Assembly (NCBI GenBank): GCA_016937295.1
Contig: JAFGWF010000092.1
Coordinates: 1 to 48,552 of the forward strand
Length of the DNA: 48,552 nucleotides
Direction of reading: 5' to 3'
Source of the DNA: Bacteroidales bacterium
GTDB lineage: Bacteria > Bacteroidota > Bacteroidia > Bacteroidales > UBA1556
Program-made: the position numbers and the translations under genes
The notes under the pieces: model-generated
What the model was told of the DNA's origin: nothing
What the model saw: the letters and a program-made list of their open reading frames with translations, nothing else
Database searches by the model: none
Shown here: positions 38,580 through 48,231 of the stretch, in pieces
How the letters are laid out: the number at the start of each line of letters is the position of its first letter
Position numbering within the stretch: position 1 is the first letter of the stretch

Positions 38580-39575
38580 ATGAGTTTATTAGTTGTTTCT
38601 GGTTCGCCGCACGTTCACGGAGATTTGACCACGAAGAAAATTATGTGGGGAGTTGTGTATGCAATGATACCTGCCTTGCTTGTTTCGTTTTATTTCTTCG
38701 GAATGGGAGCCGTAAAAGTGGTATTGGTATCGGTTGTGGCCTCCTTATTTTTTGAGTGGGTTATCACTAAATATCTGCTCAAGCAAAAGCCCCAAATCAC
38801 CGATGGATCCGCTCTTATCACCGGTATTCTTCTGGCTTTCAACGTCCCTTCAAATCTTCCGGTTTGGATAATTATTGTGGGGGCTTTAGTTGCTATTGGA
38901 ATTGGAAAAATGTCTTTTGGAGGCTTAGGCAAAAATCCATTCAATCCGGCACTTGTCGGACGCGTTTTTCTGCTTATCAGTTTTCCGGTTCAAATGACCA
39001 GTTGGCCTACACCAATACCTATGTTTAAAGCTCCTATGCTTGATGCCATTACCGGACCTACACCCTTAGGAGTGGTTAAAGAAGGTTTGAGAAATGGAGA
39101 GTCGATGGAGTCTGTGATGTCGCAAGTTCCTGATTACGTGAATTTATTACTTGGATATAATGCCGGTTCACTTGGCGAAGTGTCCGCTTTGGCTCTGCTG
39201 CTTGGCGGATTATATATGTTGTTTCGTAAGATTATCACTTGGCACGTTCCAATGAGTTATATGGCTACAGTGCTGATTTTTAGCGGTATTTTGTGGCTTG
39301 TCGATCCGAATGCTTATGTAAATCCGCTTTTCCATTTAGTTACCGGAGGCATGATGTTAGGTATTTTTTATATGGCAACGGATATGGTTACGTCTCCAAT
39401 GACGCCTGTTGGCCAAATTATTTTTGGTGTTGGAGTGGGGTTATTAACCATCATCATACGAGTTTGGGCGGCCTATCCCGAAGGGGTTTCGTTCGCTATT
39501 TTGATAATGAATGCCGCAGTGCCTCTACTTAACAAAATCAAACCCAAGCGTTTTGGGGAAGTTGTAAAAGCATAG
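38580..39575 (+). CDS. rnfD: Rnf complex subunit D
   Basis: SPH, FGGLGKNPFNPAL, DAITGPTPL, GSLGE, MATD.VTSP, YPEGVSFAIL.MN. Confidence 0.97.
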   Translation: MSLLVVSGSPHVHGDLTTKKIMWGVVYAMIPALLVSFYFFGMGAVKVVLVSVVASLFFEWVITKYLLKQKPQITDGSALITGILLAFNVPSNLPVWIIIVGALVAIGIGKMSFGGLGKNPFNPALVGRVFLLISFPVQMTSWPTPIPMFKAPMLDAITGPTPLGVVKEGLRNGESMESVMSQVPDYVNLLLGYNAGSLGEVSALALLLGGLYMLFRKIITWHVPMSYMATVLIFSGILWLVDPNAYVNPLFHLVTGGMMLGIFYMATDMVTSPMTPVGQIIFGVGVGLLTIIIRVWAAYPEGVSFAILIMNAAVPLLNKIKPKRFGEVVKA

Positions 39576-39599
39576 TTGAAAATTTGAAAATTTAAAATA

Positions 39600-40181
39600 A
39601 TGGCTAAGAAAGAATCAAAATTTGGCAATATGGTCATCACATTAGTGTTGATTACTGCCATTGCAGGTCTGGCGTTGAGCTTTGTTCATAAGCTTACCGA
39701 AGCGCCCATTCGTGAGGCTCAAGCTGCAAAACTAAAAAAAGCACTCACCAAGGTTTTGCCTGAGTTCGACGATGTTACTTCAAAAATGGTGATGCCGGTT
39801 AGCGGGCCGGACAGTATTGAGTTTTACACCGCCACAAAAGATGGTGAGACCGTTGGAATTGCTGTGAAAACATATACAAACAATGGCTTTTCGGGTCACT
39901 TCGATATTTTAGTCGGGTTTTATCCTTCTGGAGTGATAATAAATACTGCGGTTTTAGGTCACAAAGAAACTCCGGGTCTTGGTGATAAAATGGATGAGGC
40001 TAAAAGTGATTTTCCAATCCAGTTTAAAGAAAAAGATCCTGCAAGCTTTAATTTGAAAGTTACGAAAGATGGCGGCGACGTAGATGCCATTACAGCTTCA
40101 ACAATTAGCTCACGTGGTTTCTGTGATGCCGTTGACAGAGCATATCAAACTTTGATGAAAGAAGGAGGTAATCATGAATAA
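39600..40181 (+). CDS. rnfG: Rnf complex subunit G
   Basis: [27 protein letters not shown]-site region. Confidence 0.95.
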   Translation: MAKKESKFGNMVITLVLITAIAGLALSFVHKLTEAPIREAQAAKLKKALTKVLPEFDDVTSKMVMPVSGPDSIEFYTATKDGETVGIAVKTYTNNGFSGHFDILVGFYPSGVIINTAVLGHKETPGLGDKMDEAKSDFPIQFKEKDPASFNLKVTKDGGDVDAITASTISSRGFCDAVDRAYQTLMKEGGNHE

Positions 40182-40767
40182 TTGGAAAAATTTTACGAAG
40201 GGTTTTATTAAAGAAAATCCTGTATTTGTGCTTTTGCTTGGCATGTGTCCAACGCTTGGTGTTACCTCGTCTGCAATCAATGGCTTGGGAATGGGATTAG
40301 CTACCACTTTTGTTTTGGTTATGTCGAATCTTGTGGTTTCGTTGGTTAAAGACCTTATCCCCGGCAAGGTGCGTATTCCGGCTTTTATTGTGATTATTGC
40401 ATCATTCGTAACCATTGTGGATATGCTTATGGCAGGATATGCGCCTGCACTGCATGAGCAGTTGGGCTTATTCATTCCACTAATTGTGGTCAACTGCATT
40501 GTTCTTGGTCGCGCCGAAGCATTTGCTTCACGCAATAATGTGGTTAGCTCTGTTATCGATGGATTGGGAATGGGATTAGGTTTCGCTTTTGCGCTCACCA
40601 TTCTTGGAGCAGTTCGCGAAATTCTCGGCGCCGGAAAGGTGTTCGATATTCCTTTACATATTTTTCCGGCAGGAGTCGATGGAATGCTCACTTTTATCTT
40701 AGCTCCAGGAGCGTTCATTGTGCTCGGATACCTTATTGCAATCAATAATAAAATTAATAAAGCTTAA
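40174..40767 (+). CDS. rnfE: Rnf complex subunit E
   Basis: [31 protein letters not shown]. Confidence 0.97.
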   Translation: MNNWKNFTKGFIKENPVFVLLLGMCPTLGVTSSAINGLGMGLATTFVLVMSNLVVSLVKDLIPGKVRIPAFIVIIASFVTIVDMLMAGYAPALHEQLGLFIPLIVVNCIVLGRAEAFASRNNVVSSVIDGLGMGLGFAFALTILGAVREILGAGKVFDIPLHIFPAGVDGMLTFILAPGAFIVLGYLIAINNKINKA

Positions 40768-40777
40768 ACTCTGAATT

Positions 40778-41350
40778 ATGGAATATATCTTAATCATTAT
40801 TGCGGCTGTCTTTGTAAACAATATTGTTTTAGCGCAGTTTTTAGGTGTTTGTCCTTTTCTCGGGGTTTCAAACAAAGTTTCTACCTCCATCGGTATGTCC
40901 GGTGCTGTAATGTTTGTTTTAGTTTTAGCTACTTTAGTCACGTATCTGATTCAACATTATATTCTTAATGCGTTTGGAATTCAGTATTTGCAAACTATTA
41001 CATTCATCTTAGTAATTGCTTCCTTAGTGCAAATGGTGGAAATTATTCTTAAAAAAGTTTCACCATCCTTATATCAAGCATTAGGAATTTTTCTTCCTCT
41101 TATCACAACCAACTGTGCTGTTCTTGGAGTTGCCATTCTTACTATTCAAAAGGATTTCAATTTGTTAGAAGGAATGGTATTCGCCATTGCCAACAGTATA
41201 GGCTTTGGGTTGGCGTTGATTCTCTTTTCAGGAATCCGCGAACACCTCGACCTTATGGAATTGCCCAAAGGAATGCGTGGAGTGCCTGCCGCTCTTATTG
41301 TTGCAGGAATTTTAGCTCTTGCTTTTATGGGTTTCACAGGCATTGCCTAA
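40778..41350 (+). CDS. rnfA: Rnf complex subunit A
   Basis: NN.VL.QFLGVCPFLG, LPLITTNCAVLG, LAFMGF. Confidence 0.97.
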   Translation: MEYILIIIAAVFVNNIVLAQFLGVCPFLGVSNKVSTSIGMSGAVMFVLVLATLVTYLIQHYILNAFGIQYLQTITFILVIASLVQMVEIILKKVSPSLYQALGIFLPLITTNCAVLGVAILTIQKDFNLLEGMVFAIANSIGFGLALILFSGIREHLDLMELPKGMRGVPAALIVAGILALAFMGFTGIA

Positions 41351-41372
41351 CCTAAAACTGAATATAATTATT

Positions 41373-41407
41373 AAGCATCGCGTTTTTTCGTGGTGCTTTT
41401 TCTTTTT
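41373..41407 (+). terminator. Intrinsic terminator of the rnf operon
   Basis: AAGCATCGCG-T6-CGTGGTGCTT (10 bp with two GU pairs) followed by a T-rich tract. Confidence 0.8.
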
Positions 41408-41413
41408 ATCCAT

Positions 41414-41421
41414 TAAATTTG
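41414..41421 (+). promoter_or_regulatory. Bacteroidetes -7 element (TAAATTTG) for the pfkB-family gene
   Basis: TAnnTTTG 18 nt before ATG 41440. Confidence 0.5.
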
Positions 41422-41439
41422 CTGCCTATTTAATATGCT

Positions 41440-42387
41440 ATGAATCAAAATCGTACTATCTTTTGCATAGGAGAAGCCATTTACGACATCATTATTAAAG
41501 CCGGAAAACCTGATGATGCAGCCGTAGGTGGAGCACTTCTAAACACTTCAGTTTCGCTTGGAAGATTAGGAATGCCGGTTGAATATGTTGGAGATACAGG
41601 TGATGACCCGATAGGTGAATTGATGAAGGCATTTTTACTGAAGAATGGTGTTGGAAATCGCTATTTTGTCAGCTACACCGGCAGCCGCTCTCGTCTTGCC
41701 ATCGCATTTATTGACGATATAAATCATCCTCGATATGTTTTTTATAAACTTGATGCTCCCAATTTGCCCGACTTAATTTATCCTCAAATCAGTGAAAATT
41801 CAAACGACATTATTGTTTTTGGTTCGTTTTTCGGAATTAAAGAATCTATTCGCAAAAATCTAATGGGTTTTCTTAAAGATGCAAAGCAAAAAGGGGCATT
41901 GATAATCTATGACCCGAATTTTCGGCCTAATCATCTGTCATTGCTTCCCAAAGTTCGGTCTTATATTGAAGAGAATATTAAACTTGCACATATTACCAAA
42001 GGTTCGGATGATGACTTTAAGCTGATTTTTGGAACGACAGATTTTGACTCTACACGGAAAATCATCACCAATTTGGGTTGTAGGGCTTTTTTCTATACAG
42101 CCAATCGTAATGGTATTTATTATCAGGTGAACGAGTTGGTCGGGCATTATCAATCTGCTGAAATTCAACCGGTTTCGGCCATTGGGGCAGGGGATGCTTT
42201 CAATGCGGGGCTGGCTTATTCGGCTTTTACTTTAGACATAAACTCGCATAATTTTGCAGAAAAAGTGGAAACGAATGCAAGGTTAATTAATAAAACAGCG
42301 GATGAATTTGCAGTAAATGTGTGCTTGTCAATGGAAAATTATATAGGACAAGATATCGTGAATAAGTTTCAAACAAAAGCTGATTAA
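41440..42387 (+). CDS. PfkB-family carbohydrate kinase (fructokinase-like)
   Basis: IGE..YD, GGA.LN.SV.LGRLG, YDPNFR, IGAGDAFNAG. Confidence 0.92.
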   Translation: MNQNRTIFCIGEAIYDIIIKAGKPDDAAVGGALLNTSVSLGRLGMPVEYVGDTGDDPIGELMKAFLLKNGVGNRYFVSYTGSRSRLAIAFIDDINHPRYVFYKLDAPNLPDLIYPQISENSNDIIVFGSFFGIKESIRKNLMGFLKDAKQKGALIIYDPNFRPNHLSLLPKVRSYIEENIKLAHITKGSDDDFKLIFGTTDFDSTRKIITNLGCRAFFYTANRNGIYYQVNELVGHYQSAEIQPVSAIGAGDAFNAGLAYSAFTLDINSHNFAEKVETNARLINKTADEFAVNVCLSMENYIGQDIVNKFQTKAD

Positions 42388-42427
42388 GGAATTCCACTAA
42401 AACATAATCTGGAATCCCACATTATTG

Positions 42428-43261
42428 TTACCTATTGGCGTCAGTAATCAATCTGGCTTCTTCGATGATAGTTTTAACTTTTTGCTCTGTCAGGCCTAAT
42501 TGTAGGAGCAGCTCTGATTTGTCTAATATTTCGCGGCAGAGTACAATGCCTTTTTCCATCAAAACGGCCTTTAACGCGTTTGGGATAGTGTTGACAGTGG
42601 TGATAGGATGCAAGCCCGACTTATCAATCCAGTTTCTTAATCCATGACCGTTTGGATAGTCCCAACCGACTAACCGCAATCCCACACATTTTCCAAAGTC
42701 TTCAGCATCAGTGGTAAATCGCGTATTGGAGACTATCATACCAGTGATTTTTCGCGTTTCACCTTCCGATTCCCATTTTTGCTTCATGTCCAAAAATCGA
42801 CTTTGAATATATAGTGGAATCTTTACGTCATTTTTCTGTCCTTGGTCTCGATGAAACTTGCATTCCACCATGATTTTCTCAAAGCTGTTTTCAGCCACTA
42901 CATCCAGTTCGTGGCGCACGCATCGACCCATTTCAATCACGTTGGTTTGGGTTTCAAAACCTTTGCTTTCCAACAGACGTGCAACAAATTTTTCAAAGGG
43001 ATAGCCTCCAGGGCCAAGCTCAAAAACCGCGCGTTTCAACTGGTATCTACCTGCCGCAAAACCGGAAATCTTTCGCAATTGCAATAAGGCTCTTTGATAA
43101 ATCTTTGCTGTCGAAACGCCATCTTTCACCGTCTTTAGCACATGATTGAGCACTTTTGTTGCCTCGTCTGGACGAGCTCCGGATCGTATTAAGGCGTCAA
43201 CTATCTTTGATTCATCAAAATCAACTAATTCTCCGTTTGCTTTCCGAATTTTTATGCTCAT
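42428..43261 (-). CDS. ATP-cone plus Mrr-like PD-(D/E)xK endonuclease fusion
   Basis: N-terminal IRKANGELVDFDESKI..AL (ATP cone); FEKFVARLL..KGF; HELDVVA..VECKFH; SNTRFT.DA; alternative start TTG 43267. Confidence 0.85.
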   Translation of the reverse strand: MSIKIRKANGELVDFDESKIVDALIRSGARPDEATKVLNHVLKTVKDGVSTAKIYQRALLQLRKISGFAAGRYQLKRAVFELGPGGYPFEKFVARLLESKGFETQTNVIEMGRCVRHELDVVAENSFEKIMVECKFHRDQGQKNDVKIPLYIQSRFLDMKQKWESEGETRKITGMIVSNTRFTTDAEDFGKCVGLRLVGWDYPNGHGLRNWIDKSGLHPITTVNTIPNALKAVLMEKGIVLCREILDKSELLLQLGLTEQKVKTIIEEARLITDANR

Positions 43262-43292
43262 AATCAATATTTTAAGTGGATTGAAGTCGCGT

Positions 43293-45893
43293 TTAAAAAT
43301 CTCTCCAGTCGCGTTTCTTCGTAAGTTTCAAATCTTGCAATAATGGTGATTTTACTCGAACTGTTAAATTGAAAGATCGGCGAAACCCTGTTGGTATCCA
43401 ATTGAACATCAACTCCCAACAATGTAAATCGCGATATATGTCGATAGTGGTAAAGGTTAAATCTTTTGCAGTAAAGTCGTAACCCGATGAAACTCCGATT
43501 TTCCATTTTTTAGTGATATTCACGTCTCCCGAAAAGTTTAAGGTTGTAACTCTCGTTCGGATATAGTTGTTTTGAGATGTGTTGAAAGCATCGGTGTAAA
43601 CATAAGAGTAATTGACAGTTACGTTCCACGGGTTGTTAAAATCTACATAATGTTCAGGAAAGGTGTTTACTTGTCTAAGCTCCTCCGAACTGCCTTGTTC
43701 CGATTTATACTCCGGCTTGGGTTTTTTCTTATTTTTAAACGTGTTGGCCGACAAACTATAATTTAAAGTGAGGTTAATATTATACGAATTCTGACGCAAA
43801 AGTTTATTGTTTACTTCCCAATTCAACTTGTTGATTCTCGTTTTTGTAACCGGATCAAAAGCATAGAAATCCCAATTTCCTGTAAATTGAACTCCTATCT
43901 GTTTGAGGATGGTTGTTCGCGCCAAAACGGAAAGTGGTGCTAATTGAAATTCCTCCTTTGCCAAATCGTAACTTGTTCCTAATGTGAAACTTTCAATAAT
44001 TCGAATTTTTTTCATGCCGGTCACGGTGTCTTTTTTTGACCTTATTTTCGCTTCTAAAGTGTTATTTAAACTGAGGTTAATAGCTCCCGATTTGCCATCC
44101 GGCGGACTTCCAAAAATACCTCCCTCATAAATGGTATAACGAATCACGTCTCCATCATCGTTCACATATTCGCGATAATAATTCAACTCTTTGCTAATGT
44201 TTGGCCGATAGGAAAAGCTCGCAGTGGGGGTGAGCACATGACGCAAGTAACGCACCGGACCGTATTTTAATCCAAACATACCATAAATTCGAGTGCTCAT
44301 GCCTGAGCTGAAAGAGACATCGTGAGCTGCACTGAAACCCAAGTTCTCTTGACTAACAACTCCTCCTGTATCGACATTATTGACAATCAGATTTGGATCC
44401 CACGTTTTGTTTATTGTACTGAAATACCAATATTCGTTTAGATTGATATTATTCGTCCAGTTGAAGTATCCCACAGGAATTGTCACAGAAAGTGGAATAT
44501 TGTGTTTAATGCCATTATCAAAATCGGAGAATTGGGTTTTAGATAGCATGGAGTCTGTAGTTATCAGTTGATTACGCGCTTCCATGTTATAGGTAAAATT
44601 GATTTTCTCGTACCAACGAGTTTTTCCTACCTGCAATTTTCTTTGAAACGGATTGATGCGTTGAGTGCTAAAAGTAAGCGTTGGCAAAAGCAGGGTCATC
44701 TGGTGGGAGGATGAGTTTTGGTTGTGATTGATATTGATATTCAGGTTGTTATTGCCAATGCGGGTGCTATAAGATATGCTTGATTGAAATTCGTTGGAAA
44801 CAATGTCGTTAGCATTATACGAGTTTAACTTATTATACTGGGTTGACCCAAAATTCACATTAGCCGTAAAATTGGAGTTAGGATTTGCTTTTGGGTCTTG
44901 GCGGTGAAACCAATTAATAAAATACTGTTGTTCTTCAGAGTAATTGTCCGTATCCGTTTCGCCATATTTATTTTTCGCAAATTGCACTTGAACATTTCCG
45001 TTAGCTTTATAGCGCCAATTATAGTTGCTCAGCGCGCGCAATGCCCAACTTCCTTTGGTGTAAATATCGCCCCGAAGTGCTAAATCAACATGCTCTCCTA
45101 AACCGATATAATAACCACCATTGCTCAAAAAATATCCGCGATTCTCCGTGTAACCATAGCTTGGAATTAAAATTCCGTTAGCTCGGCCTCTTTTATTTGG
45201 AAAAAAACCAAAAGGTAGAACTAAAGGTATTGGAATATCTTCTATTTCCATATAAATTGGACCCGTAACTATCTTGTCGTCAGGGATAATCTTCCCTTTA
45301 TTATAACGAATGCTATAATGTGGATGAGGCAAGGAACAAGTGGTAAAATGACCTTTATGCACATAGGTTGTGTTGTCGGGCATTTTTTTTCCCTCGGCTA
45401 AAAAAATATACGCATCGCCATCTTGTTTTGTAACGTTGTAAACCAAACCTTTGCGAGTGGTGAAGTTATATTTCATCACCGTCGTTTTGTACTCGTCAGC
45501 GCCTTCTTTGAAGACAGGTTCTCCAATCATTTTGCCGCTGCTGTCGGGCATTCCCGTGGCATATACGGTATTGTTCACAAAATCAATTTCGATGTAAGCT
45601 GCTTCTAAGGTGATGTTCTCGTATTCTACCTTAGCATTCCCAAATAAATAAGCCTTTTGAGTTTTGTAATTTATTTTAACAGAGTCTTTTGCGGTTCTGA
45701 TAATTCTTGATTCAAGGATAAAATTTTGGGGTTTTTTTGGAATAATTGAATCGGATGTTAGGCTGTCCGTTTTTAAACTTTGGGCAAATAGATTGGGTAC
45801 GGTAAATGTCAAAATTACCAATAGGATAAAAAGACGCAATAATTTTGTTGATAAAACCGTTAACAAATTCGACAGCCTGTTTGATATTAACAA
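43293..45893 (-). CDS. lptD: Putative LPS assembly protein LptD (Bacteroidetes type)
   Basis: A.DS....LFGNAKVEY jelly-roll, FTTC, GILIP.YG, barrel, RDLHCW; true start is probably TTG 45839 because a -7 element lies at 45891-45898. Confidence 0.9.
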   Translation of the reverse strand: MLISNRLSNLLTVLSTKLLRLFILLVILTFTVPNLFAQSLKTDSLTSDSIIPKKPQNFILESRIIRTAKDSVKINYKTQKAYLFGNAKVEYENITLEAAYIEIDFVNNTVYATGMPDSSGKMIGEPVFKEGADEYKTTVMKYNFTTRKGLVYNVTKQDGDAYIFLAEGKKMPDNTTYVHKGHFTTCSLPHPHYSIRYNKGKIIPDDKIVTGPIYMEIEDIPIPLVLPFGFFPNKRGRANGILIPSYGYTENRGYFLSNGGYYIGLGEHVDLALRGDIYTKGSWALRALSNYNWRYKANGNVQVQFAKNKYGETDTDNYSEEQQYFINWFHRQDPKANPNSNFTANVNFGSTQYNKLNSYNANDIVSNEFQSSISYSTRIGNNNLNININHNQNSSSHQMTLLLPTLTFSTQRINPFQRKLQVGKTRWYEKINFTYNMEARNQLITTDSMLSKTQFSDFDNGIKHNIPLSVTIPVGYFNWTNNINLNEYWYFSTINKTWDPNLIVNNVDTGGVVSQENLGFSAAHDVSFSSGMSTRIYGMFGLKYGPVRYLRHVLTPTASFSYRPNISKELNYYREYVNDDGDVIRYTIYEGGIFGSPPDGKSGAINLSLNNTLEAKIRSKKDTVTGMKKIRIIESFTLGTSYDLAKEEFQLAPLSVLARTTILKQIGVQFTGNWDFYAFDPVTKTRINKLNWEVNNKLLRQNSYNINLTLNYSLSANTFKNKKKPKPEYKSEQGSSEELRQVNTFPEHYVDFNNPWNVTVNYSYVYTDAFNTSQNNYIRTRVTTLNFSGDVNITKKWKIGVSSGYDFTAKDLTFTTIDIYRDLHCWELMFNWIPTGFRRSFNLTVRVKSPLLQDLKLTKKRDWRDF

Positions 45894-46001
45894 ATCTAAA
45901 GGTTTAATTTTGTTGAAGGCCTAATGCTATCATTAACAATGAGATAACTGATTAACCTTATGCCTGAAAACAATTTGTAAAATAACTAAAACTTTACCAT
46001 C

Positions 46002-47192
46002 GTGAAACGCTTAATTTTCGTTTTTGTTTTATGGCTTGCCGTTTTTTTATGGAATACCAAAGTGTATTCTCAAGATCCATACAAAATAAAGGTAGTTGTG
46101 ATTGATGCCGGACATGGCGGTAACGACCCTGGTGCTGTCGGCAAAAGTTCTAAGGAAAAGGATATTGCGTTGAGTGTTGCTCTTAAATTGGGCAACTATA
46201 TCAAAACAAATTATAAAGACGTGAAGGTGATTTATACTCGTGATACGGATGTTTTTGTGGAGCTATATAAGCGAGCCGAAATTGCCAATAAAGCCAACGC
46301 CGATTTGTTTATTTCCATCCACTGCAACGCAACTGAAAGCTCAAAACCCAATGGTACCGAAACTTGGGTCATGGGTTTGCACAAAAGCCAGGCGAACTTG
46401 GAAGTAGCCAAAAAAGAAAATTCTGCAATACTTTTAGAATCGAATTCCGGCGATGCTTACGACAATTTTAATCCTAATTCCCCCGAATCGTATATCATAT
46501 TTTCGCTCTTTCAATCGGCTTTTCGTGACCAAAGTATCGACTTTGCCACCAAAATCGAAAATGAGTTTAAAACCCGAGTCGGGCGAAATGATAGGGGAGT
46601 GAAAGAAGCCGGATTTCTGGTGCTTTGGAAAACTACCATGCCAAGCGTTTTGATAGAATTGGGCTTCGTTTCTAATCCTGAAGAAGAAAAATTTTTGAAA
46701 TCAACTCAGGGTCAAGACTATCTTGCATCGGCGATTTATCGGGCATTTAAGCAATATAAAACTGAAATGGAAGGTTCAGATGGAAAAGCAGAACAGTCTG
46801 ATTTAAAGTCTGTTGATGTTGAGAATAAAAAGGAAGATGCCAAGCAAGAGTCGGTTCAGGCAAAACAAGCGGATGCCGACACGATAAAAACGGCTGCTTT
46901 AGTGGAGGATGAAATTGTATTTGGAGTTCAGTTTACGAGCTCTTCGGAGAAAAAGCCGGCTTCTGCTTCATCATTTCAGAGCCTTCAGGACGTTTGGAGC
47001 TACTATCAGTCAGGACTTTATAAATATGTGAGTGGAAAATATGATACTATTGATGATGCTGTTTCTCATTTGAAAATTGTCAGAAGTAAGGGCTTTTCCG
47101 ATGCCTTTGTGGTAGCATTTGTCAACGGAAAACGCATCACACCGCAAGAGGCCGTTAAGTTGATTGAAGAAAAAAAGAAAAATAATCCCTGA
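46002..47192 (+). CDS. N-acetylmuramoyl-L-alanine amidase (Amidase_3) with SPOR-like C-terminus
   Basis: VVIDAGHGGNDPG, EK, FISIHCN, MPSVLIELGF, C-terminal GFSDAFVVAF.NGKRI. Confidence 0.95.
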   Translation: MKRLIFVFVLWLAVFLWNTKVYSQDPYKIKVVVIDAGHGGNDPGAVGKSSKEKDIALSVALKLGNYIKTNYKDVKVIYTRDTDVFVELYKRAEIANKANADLFISIHCNATESSKPNGTETWVMGLHKSQANLEVAKKENSAILLESNSGDAYDNFNPNSPESYIIFSLFQSAFRDQSIDFATKIENEFKTRVGRNDRGVKEAGFLVLWKTTMPSVLIELGFVSNPEEEKFLKSTQGQDYLASAIYRAFKQYKTEMEGSDGKAEQSDLKSVDVENKKEDAKQESVQAKQADADTIKTAALVEDEIVFGVQFTSSSEKKPASASSFQSLQDVWSYYQSGLYKYVSGKYDTIDDAVSHLKIVRSKGFSDAFVVAFVNGKRITPQEAVKLIEEKKKNNP

Positions 47193-47210
47193 CAACCAAT
47201 GATTATCTTT

Positions 47211-47218
47211 TATCTTTG
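47211..47218 (+). promoter_or_regulatory. Bacteroidetes -7 element (TATCTTTG) for mlaD
   Basis: TAnnTTTG 17 nt before ATG 47236. Confidence 0.55.
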
Positions 47219-47235
47219 TGCACTAAATCATCCTT

Positions 47236-48231
47236 ATGAAGATTAGAAAAGAATTTTACCTCGGTTTTGTGGCCACTTTTACCATTGTGAGTGCCTATTT
47301 TGGATATAATTTTCTGAGAGGAAAGGATTTATTAGACCGGACTTATAACTACTATATTATTTATGATAAAATTGCCGGCCTTTCCGAATCAAATTCCGTT
47401 TATTTAAATGGGTTCAAAATCGGCTTAGTGAGCGGCTTAGACCTTCTACAATCTGACGGATCAAATCGCGTTTTAGTGGAAATTCAAGTGGATAAAACCG
47501 TCCGGATTCCCAAAAATTCCGTAGCCAAAATTGAATCCGATTTTCTTGGTGTGAACACTATTTCCATACTTTTTAGCAATAATCCGGATTTTGCCGAAGA
47601 CGGCGACACTCTCAACTCGGCCATTGCAACCACCATTCAAGAAGAGGTTTCTATGCAAATTCTGCCTCTGAAAGCCAAGACCGAGAATATGTTAGCCACT
47701 TTAGATACTGTGCTTGAGTCGATTAAGTATGTTTTTAATGAAGAAACACAACGATCATTAGCTAATTCATTTGCTAGCATTCAAAAAACTATCAATAATA
47801 TCGAACATTCTTCCTTTACTTTAGATACCGTTCTCACCACTCAAAAAGGAGTTATCAGTAGAATTTTGGAAAATGTTCATTCGATTACTTCCAACCTCAA
47901 GAATAATAACGAGCAAATCAATCGGGCGATTGCCAATTTTTCCAATTTCAGCGACAGTTTAGCAAAAATTGATTTACGCAAAACCATCTATGCCGCCGAA
48001 AAAGCTTTGTCTGATTTTCAGTCCATTTCCGACAAAATCAATAGGGGAGAAGGCAGCCTTGGAATGCTTGTAAATAACGACACACTCTATCACGAGTTGG
48101 AAGCCGCCTCACACGAACTCAACAAGTTGGTTGAAGACATCAAACTAAACCCACAGCGTTATCTGCATTTTTCCGTCTTTGGCCGCAGTCCCAAGCGTAA
48201 TGTTTATGTCGATCCGGATTCTGTGAAGTAA
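47236..48231 (+). CDS. mlaD: MlaD/MCE-family protein
   Basis: TM, GL...V.LNG.KIG.V MCE domain, helical region, GEGSLG.L.N...LY..L..L..DIK.NP.RY.HFSVFG. Confidence 0.9.
   Translation: MKIRKEFYLGFVATFTIVSAYFGYNFLRGKDLLDRTYNYYIIYDKIAGLSESNSVYLNGFKIGLVSGLDLLQSDGSNRVLVEIQVDKTVRIPKNSVAKIESDFLGVNTISILFSNNPDFAEDGDTLNSAIATTIQEEVSMQILPLKAKTENMLATLDTVLESIKYVFNEETQRSLANSFASIQKTINNIEHSSFTLDTVLTTQKGVISRILENVHSITSNLKNNNEQINRAIANFSNFSDSLAKIDLRKTIYAAEKALSDFQSISDKINRGEGSLGMLVNNDTLYHELEAASHELNKLVEDIKLNPQRYLHFSVFGRSPKRNVYVDPDSVK

Noticed and set aside
40110-40745. 211-aa ORF antisense to rnfE, and similar antisense ORFs over ftsH, rnfC, rny and the TonB receptor
   Set aside because: Fully overlap well-supported genes on the opposite strand; typical codon-bias shadows
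42388-42420. GGAATTCCAC/GGAATCCCAC near-repeat between convergent pfkB and the ATP-cone gene
   Set aside because: Bulged stem with a 13-nt loop and no U-tract; could be chance
43264-43506. 80-aa minus-strand ORF bridging lptD and the ATP-cone gene (possible frameshift fusion)
   Set aside because: lptD has a complete C-terminus in its own frame, the ATP-cone gene has its own start, and the peptide has no recognisable features
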